A DNA stretch of 64,000 bases from Candidatus Danuiimicrobium aquiferis (lineage in GTDB: Bacteria > Omnitrophota > Omnitrophia > Omnitrophales > Danuiimicrobiaceae), in the NCBI GenBank assembly GCA_001804285.1, contig MHFR01000068.1:34383-98382 (forward strand), given 5' to 3'. The notes below the pieces were generated by a model. It ran no database searches. It was not told the origin of the DNA and saw only the letters and a list, made by a program, of their open reading frames with translations. Every line of letters starts with the position of its first letter. The stretch's first letter is position 1. Shown piece by piece: positions 47,166 through 57,996 of this stretch. The position numbers were made by a program, and so were the translations under genes.

Positions 47166-48458
47166 ATGGGTGAAATGATTGCAAAGCCTGCTTCAAAAGT
47201 TAGCGGCGAATATCTCCCGCCCGGAGACAAGTCTATTTCTCACCGGTTAGTGATGCTTGGTTCTCTTGCTGAAGGGACGAGTGTTTTTACGCATTTTCTT
47301 GAGGCGGACGATTGCCTGCGAACCATTAAAGCTTTCGAAGCGATGGGTGTCAGTTTCAAAAAAAGTGAAGGCAAATTATTTGTAAACGGAATTGGTGTGC
47401 GGAAATTAAATCCTCCCAAAAGCCCATTAGATCTGGGGAATTCGGGTACGACGATGCGCCTTTTGCTTGGCATTTTAGCCGGTCAAAATTTTGAAGTAAC
47501 TTTGACGGGAGATGCTTCTCTCACGAAAAGGCCAATGAGGCGAGTGACGGAGCCTCTCCGACAAATGGGAGCACAGATTACCGGGACGGAAGACGGGAAT
47601 TTTGCGCCTTTGACGATTAAAGGCGGAAAATTGACCGGAATTCATTGGGTGAATCAAATTGCAAGTGCGCAGGTTAAAAGCGCGATTCTTTTGGCGGGGT
47701 TAAACGCGGATGGCGAAACCTCCGTGGAGGAATCTATCCCATCGCGCGATCATACGGAAAGATTGCTGACGCGATTTGGGGTTCCGGTCGAGCGTCATGA
47801 CCGGAAGATTACCGTCCGGAAAGCGGAGGCCTTGAAGCCGTTTCAATTCCAAGTGCCGGGAGACATTTCATCTGCGGCATTTTTTATGGTGGCGGCCGCG
47901 ATTACGCCGGGATCCGACGTTGTCATTAAAAATGTTGGGTTAAATCCATCGAGATCGGGAATCATTGATATTCTAAAGGCAATGGGTGCAGATATTTCGG
48001 TTGAAATGACGCAGGATCGGGGAGAGCCGATGGGGGATATACACATGAGGGGTTTGGACAAGCGGTTGCAAGCTGTGATCATTAATAAGGAGTGGATTCC
48101 GAACCTGATTGATGAATTGCCCATCTTAATGATTGCTTGTGCGCTTGCGGAAGGCAGGAGTGTCATAAGGGGTGCCAAGGAGCTTCGCGTGAAAGAAACC
48201 GACCGTATTAACTCAATGGCACAGGGGTTAAAAGCGATTGGCGGAAAGGTTCAGCCGACCGAAGACGGGTGTATTATTAACGGAGTCAGCCGTTTTCAGG
48301 GAGGGGCGATTTCCAGCTTTGGAGACCATCGGACGGCAATGAGTTTTGCGATTGCGGCCCTCCAATCGGAGAAAGAAATTCTTATTCAAGATACGGATTG
48401 CATTATGACCTCTTACCCTGGGTTTGAAGCTGATCTGGCTAAGCTTGTAAAGGCATAG
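47166..48458 (+). CDS. aroA: EPSP synthase
   Basis: PGDKSISHR, LGNSGTTMR, SAQVKSA, RDHTER, LRVKETDR, DHRTAM. Confidence 0.97.
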   Translation: MGEMIAKPASKVSGEYLPPGDKSISHRLVMLGSLAEGTSVFTHFLEADDCLRTIKAFEAMGVSFKKSEGKLFVNGIGVRKLNPPKSPLDLGNSGTTMRLLLGILAGQNFEVTLTGDASLTKRPMRRVTEPLRQMGAQITGTEDGNFAPLTIKGGKLTGIHWVNQIASAQVKSAILLAGLNADGETSVEESIPSRDHTERLLTRFGVPVERHDRKITVRKAEALKPFQFQVPGDISSAAFFMVAAAITPGSDVVIKNVGLNPSRSGIIDILKAMGADISVEMTQDRGEPMGDIHMRGLDKRLQAVIINKEWIPNLIDELPILMIACALAEGRSVIRGAKELRVKETDRINSMAQGLKAIGGKVQPTEDGCIINGVSRFQGGAISSFGDHRTAMSFAIAALQSEKEILIQDTDCIMTSYPGFEADLAKLVKA

Positions 48459-48503
48459 TTCCCGCAAATAATTGTTCGCCAACGATTTATCAAGGGATTG
48501 TGC

Positions 48504-48533
48504 TTGACACTTAAAAAAACCGCTTGATATAAT
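48504..48533 (+). promoter_or_regulatory. Consensus sigma70 promoter of the mre operon
   Basis: TTGACA-N18-TATAAT. Confidence 0.75.
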
Positions 48534-48590
48534 AACCCCACTTTAAAAAATAATTCCGTCTGGTATCCCCTTTAACAAAGAAGGTTTTCA

Positions 48591-49646
48591 ATGCAACTAA
48601 TAGATCAAGTTTTAGGCGTTTTTTCTAATGACATTGGAATCGATCTGGGCACGGCAACAACTTTAGTTTACGTAAGAGGACAAGGCGTTGTTTTGTGTGA
48701 GCCTTCCGTTGTTGCGATTGATAAATTCACCCATCAAATTCTTGCTGTCGGTGAAGAGGCTAAAAGAATGTTGGGCCGCACTCCGGGAAATATTCTTGCC
48801 ATCCGTCCGATGAAAGACGGTGTCATTGCTGATTTCGATATTACCGAAGCGATGCTGCGTTATTTTATCCGAAAAGTTCATCGTCATCGACCGTGGGTAG
48901 CGCCCCGTGTGGTCGTTGCCGTCCCGAGCGGTATTACCGAAGTTGAAAAGCGCGCTGTAAAAGATTCCGCGGAACGTGCAGGAGCGAGAAGCCCCGTTTA
49001 CTTGGTGGAAGAGCCGATTGCAGCCGCTGTGGGTGTGGGCCTTCCGATTCAGGAACCCTCAGGGAATATGATTGTTGATATCGGAGGTGGAACGACAGAA
49101 ATTGCCGTGATTTCATTAGCAGGAATTGTTTTTGCTAAAAGTATTCGAATCGGCGGTGATGAATGTGACGATGCGATTATTAATCATTTAAAACGAACAT
49201 ATAATTTGATGATCGGTGAAAGAACGGCTGAGGAAGTGAAAATCAGAATTGGTTCTGCGTATCCGCTTCCGGAAGAAACAACCATTGAAGTGAAGGGGCG
49301 GGATATTTTAGCCGGCCTTCCGAAAACGATTACGGTTTCAAGCGAAGAAATCCGGGAAGCACTTTCGGAAGCTACGGCTGCGATTTTGGAAGCCATTCGA
49401 ATTACGCTCGAACGGACGCCACCTGAGCTTTCGGCAGATTTGATCACAAAAGGAATTGTGCTTGCAGGTGGAGGGGCGTTATTACGGGGGCTTGACAAAT
49501 TGATTAGTGAGGAAACAGGATTGCCGGTCCATATTGCTGATGATCCGCTAACTGCGGTGGCGTTAGGCACAGGCCGGTATCTGAGCGATATTAACCTTTT
49601 GAAAAGGCTCTCTGTAAATACCAATCATAGGCAGTATGACATGTAA
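48591..49646 (+). CDS. mreB: Rod shape-determining protein MreB
   Basis: [40 protein letters not shown]. Confidence 0.98.
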   Translation: MQLIDQVLGVFSNDIGIDLGTATTLVYVRGQGVVLCEPSVVAIDKFTHQILAVGEEAKRMLGRTPGNILAIRPMKDGVIADFDITEAMLRYFIRKVHRHRPWVAPRVVVAVPSGITEVEKRAVKDSAERAGARSPVYLVEEPIAAAVGVGLPIQEPSGNMIVDIGGGTTEIAVISLAGIVFAKSIRIGGDECDDAIINHLKRTYNLMIGERTAEEVKIRIGSAYPLPEETTIEVKGRDILAGLPKTITVSSEEIREALSEATAAILEAIRITLERTPPELSADLITKGIVLAGGGALLRGLDKLISEETGLPVHIADDPLTAVALGTGRYLSDINLLKRLSVNTNHRQYDM

Positions 49647-49781
49647 TTCAATTTCGGATTGAATTATTGCCCATCCGACAGATCTATCGGCTTTTGATAG
49701 AATATCGAGTAAATTCTCGTAATGGTTAGATAAGTCATCCGGTCTTCATCGAGTAGATGTATTCATTTTGGGGAAAATGCG

Positions 49782-50579
49782 GTGCGGTTTAAATACAACA
49801 TCTTCTTTGTGATTGTGTTTTTATTGCCAATCTGTTTAGGGATTTTAGGAGTAACATTTCCTAAAGCGATTGATGAAGTTCGGATTTTTTCCACCCAAAT
49901 TACTCTCCCCATCTTCAAAACACAAGCAACCGTGATCCGTTGGTTTCGTGATCAGGGGCAGCATCTTCTCGAATGGGCCCATCTTAGCCAGGAGAACGAT
50001 CAACTCAAGCGAAAAGTTCAGGAACTCGAAAACGAACTAAATTCAGTATCCATGCTGAAAAAAGAAAATGAACGGTTAACGGCTCTGCTTGATTTAAAAA
50101 GCCGGAATACGGGCCCGTCGATACCGGCACTTGTTGTGGGACGTGATCCTTCGAACTGGTCTAATTTTATTGTGATCGATAAAGGCAAAAAGGATAAGAT
50201 TTATGTGAATACAGTTCTTGTTCATCCCGAAGGATTGGTGGGAAAAGTGATTTCAGCCGGCAAAAATTCTGCTCGCGCTATTTTGTTGACGGATAGCCAA
50301 TCGCGAGTGAGCGCTTTAGATGAAAGGACCCGGGATGTCGGGCTTGTCGAGGGTGAGGGCTCGGCTATGTTAAAAATGACGTTTCTTGATTATAATTCAC
50401 AAATCCAGGTCGGGGATCTGATCGTTTCTGCCGGTTTGGGCGGAGTATACCCAAAGGGGATTCCGATAGGACGTGTGACCATGGTGAGTGAAGAGAAAAA
50501 TCGGTTGATGTTATATGCGTATGTGAAGCCGTTTGTTTCGTTTTCGAAGTTGGAAGAAGTGTTGTGTGTGAATAAATAA
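49782..50579 (+). CDS. mreC: Rod shape-determining protein MreC
   Basis: TM plus coil ENERLTALL, IDKG, GLVGKV, SAGLGGVYPKGIPIG. Confidence 0.95.
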   Translation: MRFKYNIFFVIVFLLPICLGILGVTFPKAIDEVRIFSTQITLPIFKTQATVIRWFRDQGQHLLEWAHLSQENDQLKRKVQELENELNSVSMLKKENERLTALLDLKSRNTGPSIPALVVGRDPSNWSNFIVIDKGKKDKIYVNTVLVHPEGLVGKVISAGKNSARAILLTDSQSRVSALDERTRDVGLVEGEGSAMLKMTFLDYNSQIQVGDLIVSAGLGGVYPKGIPIGRVTMVSEEKNRLMLYAYVKPFVSFSKLEEVLCVNK

Positions 50580-50597
50580 TATTTTAGGAGGAAACCG

Positions 50598-51116
50598 TTG
50601 CCGTCTCCACTATTGAAAGAAAGATTCGTTTGGTTTTTCGTGTTTCTGATTTGGCTTGAACTGTCTTTTTTGCCGTTAATTTCCGTTGAATGGTTGAAGC
50701 CCGATCTTTTTGCTATTTTTTTAACCTTTTATGCATTTCAAATCGACCGGAAGCATTTACTCATTCTTGCACTGATTCTGGGGCTTGCTAAGGATTTACT
50801 ATCCAATGCTTTTTTTGGCTTGGAAACTATCTGTTACATTAGCGGGACTGTGTTCCTTCAAATTATTTCCGATCAGTTTGACCGCGATAAACGATGGATT
50901 CAAATTGTCAGCGTTTTTTTATTCACTTTTTTTACGCTCACGATGTTTTCCAGTTTAATGTTGCTCGTACAGCCGCGGTACGGAATAACATTTTCGGGGT
51001 TTATCAAAATTTGTTTTGTCGCTATTTATACAATGGCGGTTAGTTTTGTGGGATTTCCGGTTTTGCAAAAGTGGGTCAGTCCGGTTTTCCGTCAGAAACA
51101 GTATGAACTATTTTAA
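50598..51116 (+). CDS. mreD: Rod shape-determining protein MreD
   Basis: Polytopic membrane protein with KPDL and GLAKDLLS; operon position. Confidence 0.88.
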   Translation: MPSPLLKERFVWFFVFLIWLELSFLPLISVEWLKPDLFAIFLTFYAFQIDRKHLLILALILGLAKDLLSNAFFGLETICYISGTVFLQIISDQFDRDKRWIQIVSVFLFTFFTLTMFSSLMLLVQPRYGITFSGFIKICFVAIYTMAVSFVGFPVLQKWVSPVFRQKQYELF

Positions 51117-51122
51117 GATGCC

Positions 51123-52853
51123 ATGAATTTAATGAAAAGTACGACTCGATTTAATTTTCTTTTATACGGAATGTACCTCTGTTTATTAATTGTGTCTGCC
51201 GGTTTATTTCGCACCCAAGTGATTAACGGTAGTGATTATCGTGAAGCGAGCGAGCGAAATCGGATCCGGCTGATTCGCCGTGAAGCGCCGCGAGGAAATA
51301 TTTACGACCGAAACGGTTTGCCGGTTGCGACCAATCGACCGGCGTTATATGCTTATATTATTCCGGAGGATTTCGATCCGAAGGATATTCCAGAATTGTC
51401 CCCTCTTCTAGGACTTACCGAATGGGACATCCGCCAGAGAATCAGCAAAGCGAGAGGTGCATCTTTTACTCCTGTGTTGCTCAAATCGGATCTTTCTTTA
51501 GATACGGCCATGCAAATAGAAGAGAAACGGCCAAAATTTTCCGGCGTCTTTATTCAGGTGAAGGCCATTCGGTTTTATCCTCAGCATGAAACCGCCGCCC
51601 ATGTAGTTGGGTATATAGGAAAAATGACGAAGGAAGAATATGAAAAATTAGATCACAGTGTTTATGGCTATGATTCATGGATCGGACGGAGTGGAATCGA
51701 GAGGCTTTATGATCAAATGCTTCGCGGGGAAGACGGTGGAGTGCAACTTGAAGTCAATGCGAGAGGTGTTCCGATTAACGTGTTAAGTGAAAAAGATGTA
51801 ACAGTAGGCCATGATTTGTATATTTCGATCGATGCCAATTTTGAATCTAAAGTGCGGCCGCTTCTTGCAGGGCAGAAAGGCGCTATTTTGGTGGGAGATA
51901 TTAAAACCGGAGGCCTTTTGACGGCGATTAGCACTCCCGGGTTTGATCCGAATGTATTTGTCACACCCGAACAAAAAAAAGAACGATTGGATGTTATTGG
52001 TTCAAAAGAAAAACCCCTGCTGAACCGGGGCTTTAACGGGCTTTATCCGCCGGGTTCCGTTTTTAAATTGTTAACAGCCATTGCGGGATTAGAAACGGGT
52101 GTGATCACGCCGCACACGACATTTACATGCCGTGGATTTTTCAAATTGAACCGTAAATCGCGACCATATAAATGTTGGTATAAAGGGGGGCACGGTCGAG
52201 TTGATTTTTATCGAGCACTCGAACGTTCATGCAATGTTTATTTTTATAACGTTGGCCGTTTACTTGGTGAAAAGCGGCTTGCTGAATATGCACGAAAATT
52301 TGGTTTCGGTTCGCCGGTTGACCTTTCTTTTCCGAATGTAAGCGGTGTCGTGCCTGATCAGGAATGGAAGAAAAAGGCTGTCCACGATCAATGGTATACT
52401 GGCGATACGATTTCATTTGCAATTGGGCAAGGATATTTGCTCGTAAGCCCATTACAAATTCTTCAAATGGTCACCACGATTGCGACGGACGGTCGCGTTT
52501 CAAAACCCTTGCTTATTTTTGATAAAAACGAGCCGTCAAAAACTGAACTTGGGATTCATCCGGAAACCTTTAAGGCGTTAAAACAGGGAATGTTGCAAGT
52601 GGTTCAATCTGATTACGGAACGGGGCAACTTGCCCGTGTTGATTTTGAAAAGTTGGCCGGAAAGACAGGAACTGCACAGGCGCCGCCGGGTCTTCCGCAC
52701 GCATGGATGGGAGCGTTTTTTCCCTATGAAGATCCTAAAATTGCAATTGTTGTTTTTGTAGAACGTGGAAAATCCGGCGGAATTGCAGCCGCAAATATGG
52801 TTAAAGAAGTTGTCCGAATATGGAATGAGGCTTATGGTACCGCGGTTATTTAA
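51123..52853 (+). CDS. mrdA: Penicillin-binding protein 2
   Basis: APRGNIYDRNG, PPGSVFK (SxxK), SCN, KTGTAQ. Confidence 0.96.
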   Translation: MNLMKSTTRFNFLLYGMYLCLLIVSAGLFRTQVINGSDYREASERNRIRLIRREAPRGNIYDRNGLPVATNRPALYAYIIPEDFDPKDIPELSPLLGLTEWDIRQRISKARGASFTPVLLKSDLSLDTAMQIEEKRPKFSGVFIQVKAIRFYPQHETAAHVVGYIGKMTKEEYEKLDHSVYGYDSWIGRSGIERLYDQMLRGEDGGVQLEVNARGVPINVLSEKDVTVGHDLYISIDANFESKVRPLLAGQKGAILVGDIKTGGLLTAISTPGFDPNVFVTPEQKKERLDVIGSKEKPLLNRGFNGLYPPGSVFKLLTAIAGLETGVITPHTTFTCRGFFKLNRKSRPYKCWYKGGHGRVDFYRALERSCNVYFYNVGRLLGEKRLAEYARKFGFGSPVDLSFPNVSGVVPDQEWKKKAVHDQWYTGDTISFAIGQGYLLVSPLQILQMVTTIATDGRVSKPLLIFDKNEPSKTELGIHPETFKALKQGMLQVVQSDYGTGQLARVDFEKLAGKTGTAQAPPGLPHAWMGAFFPYEDPKIAIVVFVERGKSGGIAAANMVKEVVRIWNEAYGTAVI

Positions 52854-53916
52854 AGAAATTCACTGGCCCATGTTTTTTGTTATTCTGATTCTGACCGGAA
52901 TCGGTATTGCCTCAATTTATAGTGCGACATTCCGGATGCAGGAAAATTATGCCGTGAAACAGTTGGGTTGGGCCGGTATTGCTGTATTCGTTTTTTTTGT
53001 GACAGTTTGGGTCGGATATCGGCCCTTTTTTAATATGTCCTATCTTCTCTATGGGATATCGATTGTTCTTCTGATTTTAGTATTGATCATGGGTGAAGTG
53101 CGATCGGGTGCAAGCCGATGGATTGATGTCGGGCCGTTTGCATTACAGCCATCCGAATTGGCCAAGATTTCAACGATCATTGTGCTTGCCGACTTATTTG
53201 CGGGCCGCCCGATTTTTTTTGGGCAAAAACGGATTCTATTACTCGCGAGTATTTTAGTGTTGATACCCTGTGTGCTGGTTTTGAAACAACCGGATCTTGG
53301 TTCTGCGCTTGTTTTTATTCCGATGTTTCTTGCGATTATATTTTTGTGGGGAGTAAGAATCCGTTACCTTGTTATTTTTTTTATAGGTGTTATTGCAAGC
53401 ATGCCTTTTGCATGGCATTTCTTGAAACCGTATCAACAGAAAAGAATTCTTGTATTTTTGGATCCATCAATTGATCCAATCGGCGTCAGCTATACAGCGA
53501 TTCAGTCGAAAATAGCTGTCGGTTCCGGGCAGATTTGGGGGAAAGGATGGCTTCAGGGAACCCAAACGCATCTTGATTTTGTTCCCGAACATCATACCGA
53601 TTTCATTTTTAGTGTCATAGGTGAAGAGTTCGGTTTTCTGGGGTGTTTGCTTTTGGTTCTTTTATTTGCATTATTGATTACCTATGCGTTTCAAATTATG
53701 CAAAATACAACTGATTTGCGCGCGCGTTTGCTTGCGACCGGAATTTCAGTGATTTTGTTTTTTCAAGTGGCCGTCAATATTGGTATGACCATCGGTTTAG
53801 CGCCGATTACCGGAATCCCGTTACCGTTGGTAAGTTACGGGGGGTCCTCGCTCGTGATGACCTTTTTCGGATTGGGATTGCTTGAAAGTATTTATAAGGA
53901 ACGTTCTATTTTTTAA
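52834..53916 (+). CDS. rodA: Rod shape-determining protein RodA (SEDS)
   Basis: [36 protein letters not shown]. Confidence 0.96.
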   Translation: MVPRLFKEIHWPMFFVILILTGIGIASIYSATFRMQENYAVKQLGWAGIAVFVFFVTVWVGYRPFFNMSYLLYGISIVLLILVLIMGEVRSGASRWIDVGPFALQPSELAKISTIIVLADLFAGRPIFFGQKRILLLASILVLIPCVLVLKQPDLGSALVFIPMFLAIIFLWGVRIRYLVIFFIGVIASMPFAWHFLKPYQQKRILVFLDPSIDPIGVSYTAIQSKIAVGSGQIWGKGWLQGTQTHLDFVPEHHTDFIFSVIGEEFGFLGCLLLVLLFALLITYAFQIMQNTTDLRARLLATGISVILFFQVAVNIGMTIGLAPITGIPLPLVSYGGSSLVMTFFGLGLLESIYKERSIF

Positions 53917-53930
53917 ATTGGAGGGTTATC

Positions 53931-54212
53931 ATGAAACAGATCGATAATCGTCAGAAACAACAAATTCAAATGCGTGCGCAAAAAAATCAAATTGATAAAA
54001 ACCGAATGATTTCTATTCAAAAAGAAAAGCAGGACGCGTTTTCGGTCCACGAAAAAGCAGTATCGAAAAGTGAAACCGAAAAAAAAGAAGAAATCAAAAA
54101 GCCGGAACCGGTTCATGTTGAACATAAGGCCGGGAGGAACGACCCTTGTCCTTGCGGTAGCGGGAAAAAGTATAAAAAATGTTGTTTAACAAAAGAATCA
54201 ATGGCGTCGTAA
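53931..54212 (+). CDS. Small SEC-C metal-binding domain protein
   Basis: [18 protein letters not shown]; GGAGG RBS. Confidence 0.88.
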   Translation: MKQIDNRQKQQIQMRAQKNQIDKNRMISIQKEKQDAFSVHEKAVSKSETEKKEEIKKPEPVHVEHKAGRNDPCPCGSGKKYKKCCLTKESMAS

Positions 54213-54229
54213 AGAGGGGGAGAATTTAA

Positions 54230-55000
54230 ATGCCAAATCAAGATAAGAAAATTTTAGTTCTCGATGATGATCCTGATGTGATATCGCTACTCAAACTTCG
54301 CCTCGATAAAGAAGGTTATCAAGTGTTTACAGGGACGGATGGTCTTCAAGGATTGATGAAAGTTAGGGGGCAGATGCCGGATCTTATCATTATGGATGTC
54401 ATGATGCCGAATTTGAACGGGCGTGAATTTTATAAAAAAATGAAAGACAATGAGGAAACAGCGATGATCCCGATTATTGTGATGACGGGACACCCCTTTT
54501 TGCGGGCAGAATTCGAGAAAATGCGATGTGACTATTTTGCCGTGAAGCCCATTCACCCAGGTGAAATAATGCCAGTGATTAGAAATCTGCTGAAGCAAAA
54601 AGTTTTGATTGTGGGAGAGTATAAGGATTTTCAACATTATATTCAATCTGAGTTATCGGAAGATTACTACGAATCAAAGATTGTTGAGCAGCAGGGGCAG
54701 ATGTTCGAAGAACTTGCGGCGAAGCGGTATGATGTTGCTGTTGTCCGGTTGGCACAAGTCGAGGATTCAGCGGAAGAATTTATATCTATGGTTGAACGGC
54801 ATTCTTTAAATAAACGTGTGCTCGTTGTGATTTATAGTGATGCGTATGTGAAAGGGACTGAAGAGGGTGACGCGAAAGTGATTATAGATAATGCGATTAA
54901 GTGGGTGATGGCCGGGCGGGTTCTCTTTTTCGATCCGAGGACGTGCGGGCCGTCATTATTTGAATTTATGAAAGACCATCTTGGGAAAAGCGGTATTTAA
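54230..55000 (+). CDS. Response regulator: receiver plus a degenerate second receiver-like domain
   Basis: VLDDD, IMDVMMPNLNG, MTG, VKP. Confidence 0.85.
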   Translation: MPNQDKKILVLDDDPDVISLLKLRLDKEGYQVFTGTDGLQGLMKVRGQMPDLIIMDVMMPNLNGREFYKKMKDNEETAMIPIIVMTGHPFLRAEFEKMRCDYFAVKPIHPGEIMPVIRNLLKQKVLIVGEYKDFQHYIQSELSEDYYESKIVEQQGQMFEELAAKRYDVAVVRLAQVEDSAEEFISMVERHSLNKRVLVVIYSDAYVKGTEEGDAKVIIDNAIKWVMAGRVLFFDPRTCGPSLFEFMKDHLGKSGI

Positions 55001-55036
55001 TAATTAAATGACTGAGCAATCGGTTTAGAATTTCAT

Positions 55037-56503
55037 ATGAAAGAAAATAGCGACCCTAAAATCCGGTATCAAGACCTTCCGAGCTTTATTGAATTGTTGC
55101 GTTCCGAGGGTGAAATAAAAGAAATTCGAACGGAAGTTGACCCGGTGCTTGAAATTACTGAAATTTGTGACCGGGTTGTAAAACAAGAAGGACCGGCGTT
55201 ATTCTTTCATAAAGTCAAAGGTTCGTCATGGCCGCTTGTGACAAATCTTTTTGGCTCGCGAAAGAGAATCAATTTGCTTTTTGGCGTGAGCGATGTTAAT
55301 GATGTTGCTTTGCGTATTCAGCAGTTTTTGGATATGAAGCCGCCTCAAGGGATTCTTGAAAAACTCATGTTTCTCCCCAAAGTTCGGTCTCTTGAAGCTT
55401 TGAGTGCAAGAATGGTATCTTCCGGTGAATCGCAGGCGATTATTAAACAAGAAGGTTCTATGATTGATCTTTTACCTGTTCAGAAATGCTGGCCCGAAGA
55501 TGGCGGTAGATTTATCACCTTTCCGATGGTGATTACCCATGACCCGGAAACAGGGAAACGCAATGTCGGGCTTTATCGGATGCATGTTTATGACAATCAG
55601 ACGACCGGTATGCACTGGCAAATTCATAAAGACGGAGCGGAACATTACCGCCGTCTGAAGCAGAGTACACGTTTAGAAGTTGCGGTGGTGCTGGGGGCCG
55701 ATCCTCTTCAGCTTTTTTCCGCGGCATGCCCGCTTCCGTATGGAGTTGACGAGTTGTCTCTTGCCGGTTTTTTGCGGGGTGAACCCGTCAAACTTGTTCG
55801 TTGTAAAACAATCAGCTTGGATGTCCCGGCCAATGCGCAGTGTATTCTTGAAGGCTATGTGGAAAAAGGCGAGATGCGGCTGGAAGGACCGTTCGGCGAC
55901 CATACGGGGTTTTATTCGCGAGCGAAAGATTTTCCGGTTTTTCATGTGACGGCCATGACGCATGCCCGAAATCCCGTTTATTTATCAACAATTGTCGGGC
56001 GGCCTCCCATGGAGGATTGTTATATCGGTCAGGCGATTGAGCGAATTTTTCTTCCGATCATCCAAAAACAGCTTCCCGAAATTGTGGATATTCATCTTCC
56101 GTGGGAAGGTTGTTTTCATAACTGTGTCATCGTATCGATCCGAAAAAGCTATCCCGATCAGGCTAAAAAAGTGATTCATGCGATTTGGGGTCTTGGCCAG
56201 ATGATGTTCTCAAAAAGTGTTTTGGTGTTTGATGATGATTGCCGCATCCAAGATTTGAGGGAAGTGGCATGGCGGGCTTTTAATAATATAGATCCCAAAC
56301 GTGATATGTTTTTTGCCGAGGGTCCGGTTGATGAATTGGATCATTCCGCGGATCACGATTTTGTCGGGTCAAAAGTCGGGATTGATTGCACGCGAAAAAC
56401 GGAAGCTGAAGGAATGAAACGTCCATGGCCGAAGGATGTTGTTATGTCGGATGAAATCAAGAAACTTGTGGGCGAACGTTGGCGGGAGTATGGTTTTAAT
56501 TGA
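55037..56503 (+). CDS. UbiD-family decarboxylase (menaquinone, MqnL-like)
   Basis: WPEDGGRFIT, RNVGLYR, EGPFGDHTGFY, GRPPMED, GPVDELDH. Confidence 0.92.
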   Translation: MKENSDPKIRYQDLPSFIELLRSEGEIKEIRTEVDPVLEITEICDRVVKQEGPALFFHKVKGSSWPLVTNLFGSRKRINLLFGVSDVNDVALRIQQFLDMKPPQGILEKLMFLPKVRSLEALSARMVSSGESQAIIKQEGSMIDLLPVQKCWPEDGGRFITFPMVITHDPETGKRNVGLYRMHVYDNQTTGMHWQIHKDGAEHYRRLKQSTRLEVAVVLGADPLQLFSAACPLPYGVDELSLAGFLRGEPVKLVRCKTISLDVPANAQCILEGYVEKGEMRLEGPFGDHTGFYSRAKDFPVFHVTAMTHARNPVYLSTIVGRPPMEDCYIGQAIERIFLPIIQKQLPEIVDIHLPWEGCFHNCVIVSIRKSYPDQAKKVIHAIWGLGQMMFSKSVLVFDDDCRIQDLREVAWRAFNNIDPKRDMFFAEGPVDELDHSADHDFVGSKVGIDCTRKTEAEGMKRPWPKDVVMSDEIKKLVGERWREYGFN

Positions 56504-57347
56504 CTCACTGCGTTCTTTTTTCAAGTTAATTAAATTTGAGCACTCCTTATTTGCCCTTCCGTTTGCCTATCTGGGTTTGTTTATTGCAGAAGACGGATTT
56601 CCGGATCTCCGGATTTTTTTCTGGGTGACGATTGCGATGGTTAGTCTTCGAACAAGCGCCATGTGTTTCAATCGTTTGATTGATGAAAAAATTGATTACG
56701 AAAATCCACGAACAAAAGACAGGCTAAAATGGATAGCCGCCATTTCCAAGGGGAAAGTTTTTCAGATTGCGATTGTTTGTATTGCTATTTTCATATTTTC
56801 AGCTTTTCAATTAAACACGATCTGCTTTTTTTTGTCACCCCTTCCGGTTTTTTTGATTTGGATTTATCCTTATCTGAAGCGAATTACATGGAGTTCTCAT
56901 TTTGTTTTGGGTATCATATTAGGAATCGCGCCGATGGGCGGATGGCTTGCGAGTCGTCCTGAATGGTCATTAGAGCCTGTTTTGTTGGTATTAGCAGTCT
57001 GGATGTGGGTGAGCGGGTTTGACTTGATTTATGCTCTCCAGGATGTCGAATTTGACAGAGCTCATGAATTAAAGTCATTTCCGGTTCGGTTTGGGATTGA
57101 TAAAACCATTTGGTTTGCGAGAAATTTGCACATCGGGACCTTATTGATATTAGTTATTTTTGGGATCGTAAGTTTTTTTGGGATTTGGTATTGGATCGGC
57201 ATGAGTACTATTTCTGTTTTGATTGCACGTGAACATTATTTAGTAAAAAAATTCGGCCTTTTGAAAATTAACGAAGCTTTTTTTAATATGAATGTGTTTG
57301 TAAGCGTCATTATTTTTTTTGCTACAATGATTGAAGTCATGAGATAA
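56490..57347 (+). CDS. UbiA-family prenyltransferase (MqnP-like)
   Basis: KFEHSLFALPF, NRLIDEKID..NPRT, GFDLIYALQD. Confidence 0.92.
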   Translation: MVLIDSLRSFFKLIKFEHSLFALPFAYLGLFIAEDGFPDLRIFFWVTIAMVSLRTSAMCFNRLIDEKIDYENPRTKDRLKWIAAISKGKVFQIAIVCIAIFIFSAFQLNTICFFLSPLPVFLIWIYPYLKRITWSSHFVLGIILGIAPMGGWLASRPEWSLEPVLLVLAVWMWVSGFDLIYALQDVEFDRAHELKSFPVRFGIDKTIWFARNLHIGTLLILVIFGIVSFFGIWYWIGMSTISVLIAREHYLVKKFGLLKINEAFFNMNVFVSVIIFFATMIEVMR

Positions 57348-57357
57348 GGACCTGTCG

Positions 57358-57996
57358 ATGAAACAAAAGCCATTTGTGATTGCGATGACGGGAGCCAGTG
57401 GATCCGTTTATGGGGTAAGGCTGGTCCGGGTTCTTGCCGAACGTAATTACCGGATGATGCTCACTATTTCTGAAGCGGCAAAAACGGTTATTGGCGAAGA
57501 ATTGGGTGTTGAGATCTGCGATCTCAAGAATCCGGAATTTCTTGTTGCGCTTTTTGGTGCTCAAGCGGTTTCCCAGTTAGAATATTTTTATTGCCACGAT
57601 TTAAAAGCGCCGATCGCCAGCGGATCGTTTCCAACCCAAGGCATGATCATCGTTCCTGCTTCCACCGCTTGTTTCTCAAGGGTTGCGAATGGAATATCAA
57701 ATAGTTTGATTGAACGAGCTGCCGAGTGTACAATAAAAGAAAGTCATAAGCTTGTGATTGTTCCGAGAGAAACGCCTTTGAGTGAGATCCATCTGGAGAA
57801 CTTGCTTAAATTAGTGCGGGTGGGCGTTCGAGTGGTTCCCGCGATGCCGGCGTTTTATTCCGGTTGTCATTCGGTTGAAGAGATGGTGGATTTTGTGGTT
57901 GGGAAGGTTCTGGATCAATTTGAAATTGAACACATGTTGTATCCCCGCTGGACAGGCTCTCAAACGCCGGATCGATTTCAAGAGAAAGGATTTTAA
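57358..57996 (+). CDS. ubiX: Flavin prenyltransferase UbiX
   Basis: TGASG, IASGS, PRETP, PAMPAFY. Confidence 0.93.
   Translation: MKQKPFVIAMTGASGSVYGVRLVRVLAERNYRMMLTISEAAKTVIGEELGVEICDLKNPEFLVALFGAQAVSQLEYFYCHDLKAPIASGSFPTQGMIIVPASTACFSRVANGISNSLIERAAECTIKESHKLVIVPRETPLSEIHLENLLKLVRVGVRVVPAMPAFYSGCHSVEEMVDFVVGKVLDQFEIEHMLYPRWTGSQTPDRFQEKGF

Noticed and set aside
49660-49760. Structured RNA between mreB and mreC
   Set aside because: Only two short hairpins (CTATCGG/TTGATAG and CGAG/CTCG); too weak without comparative data.
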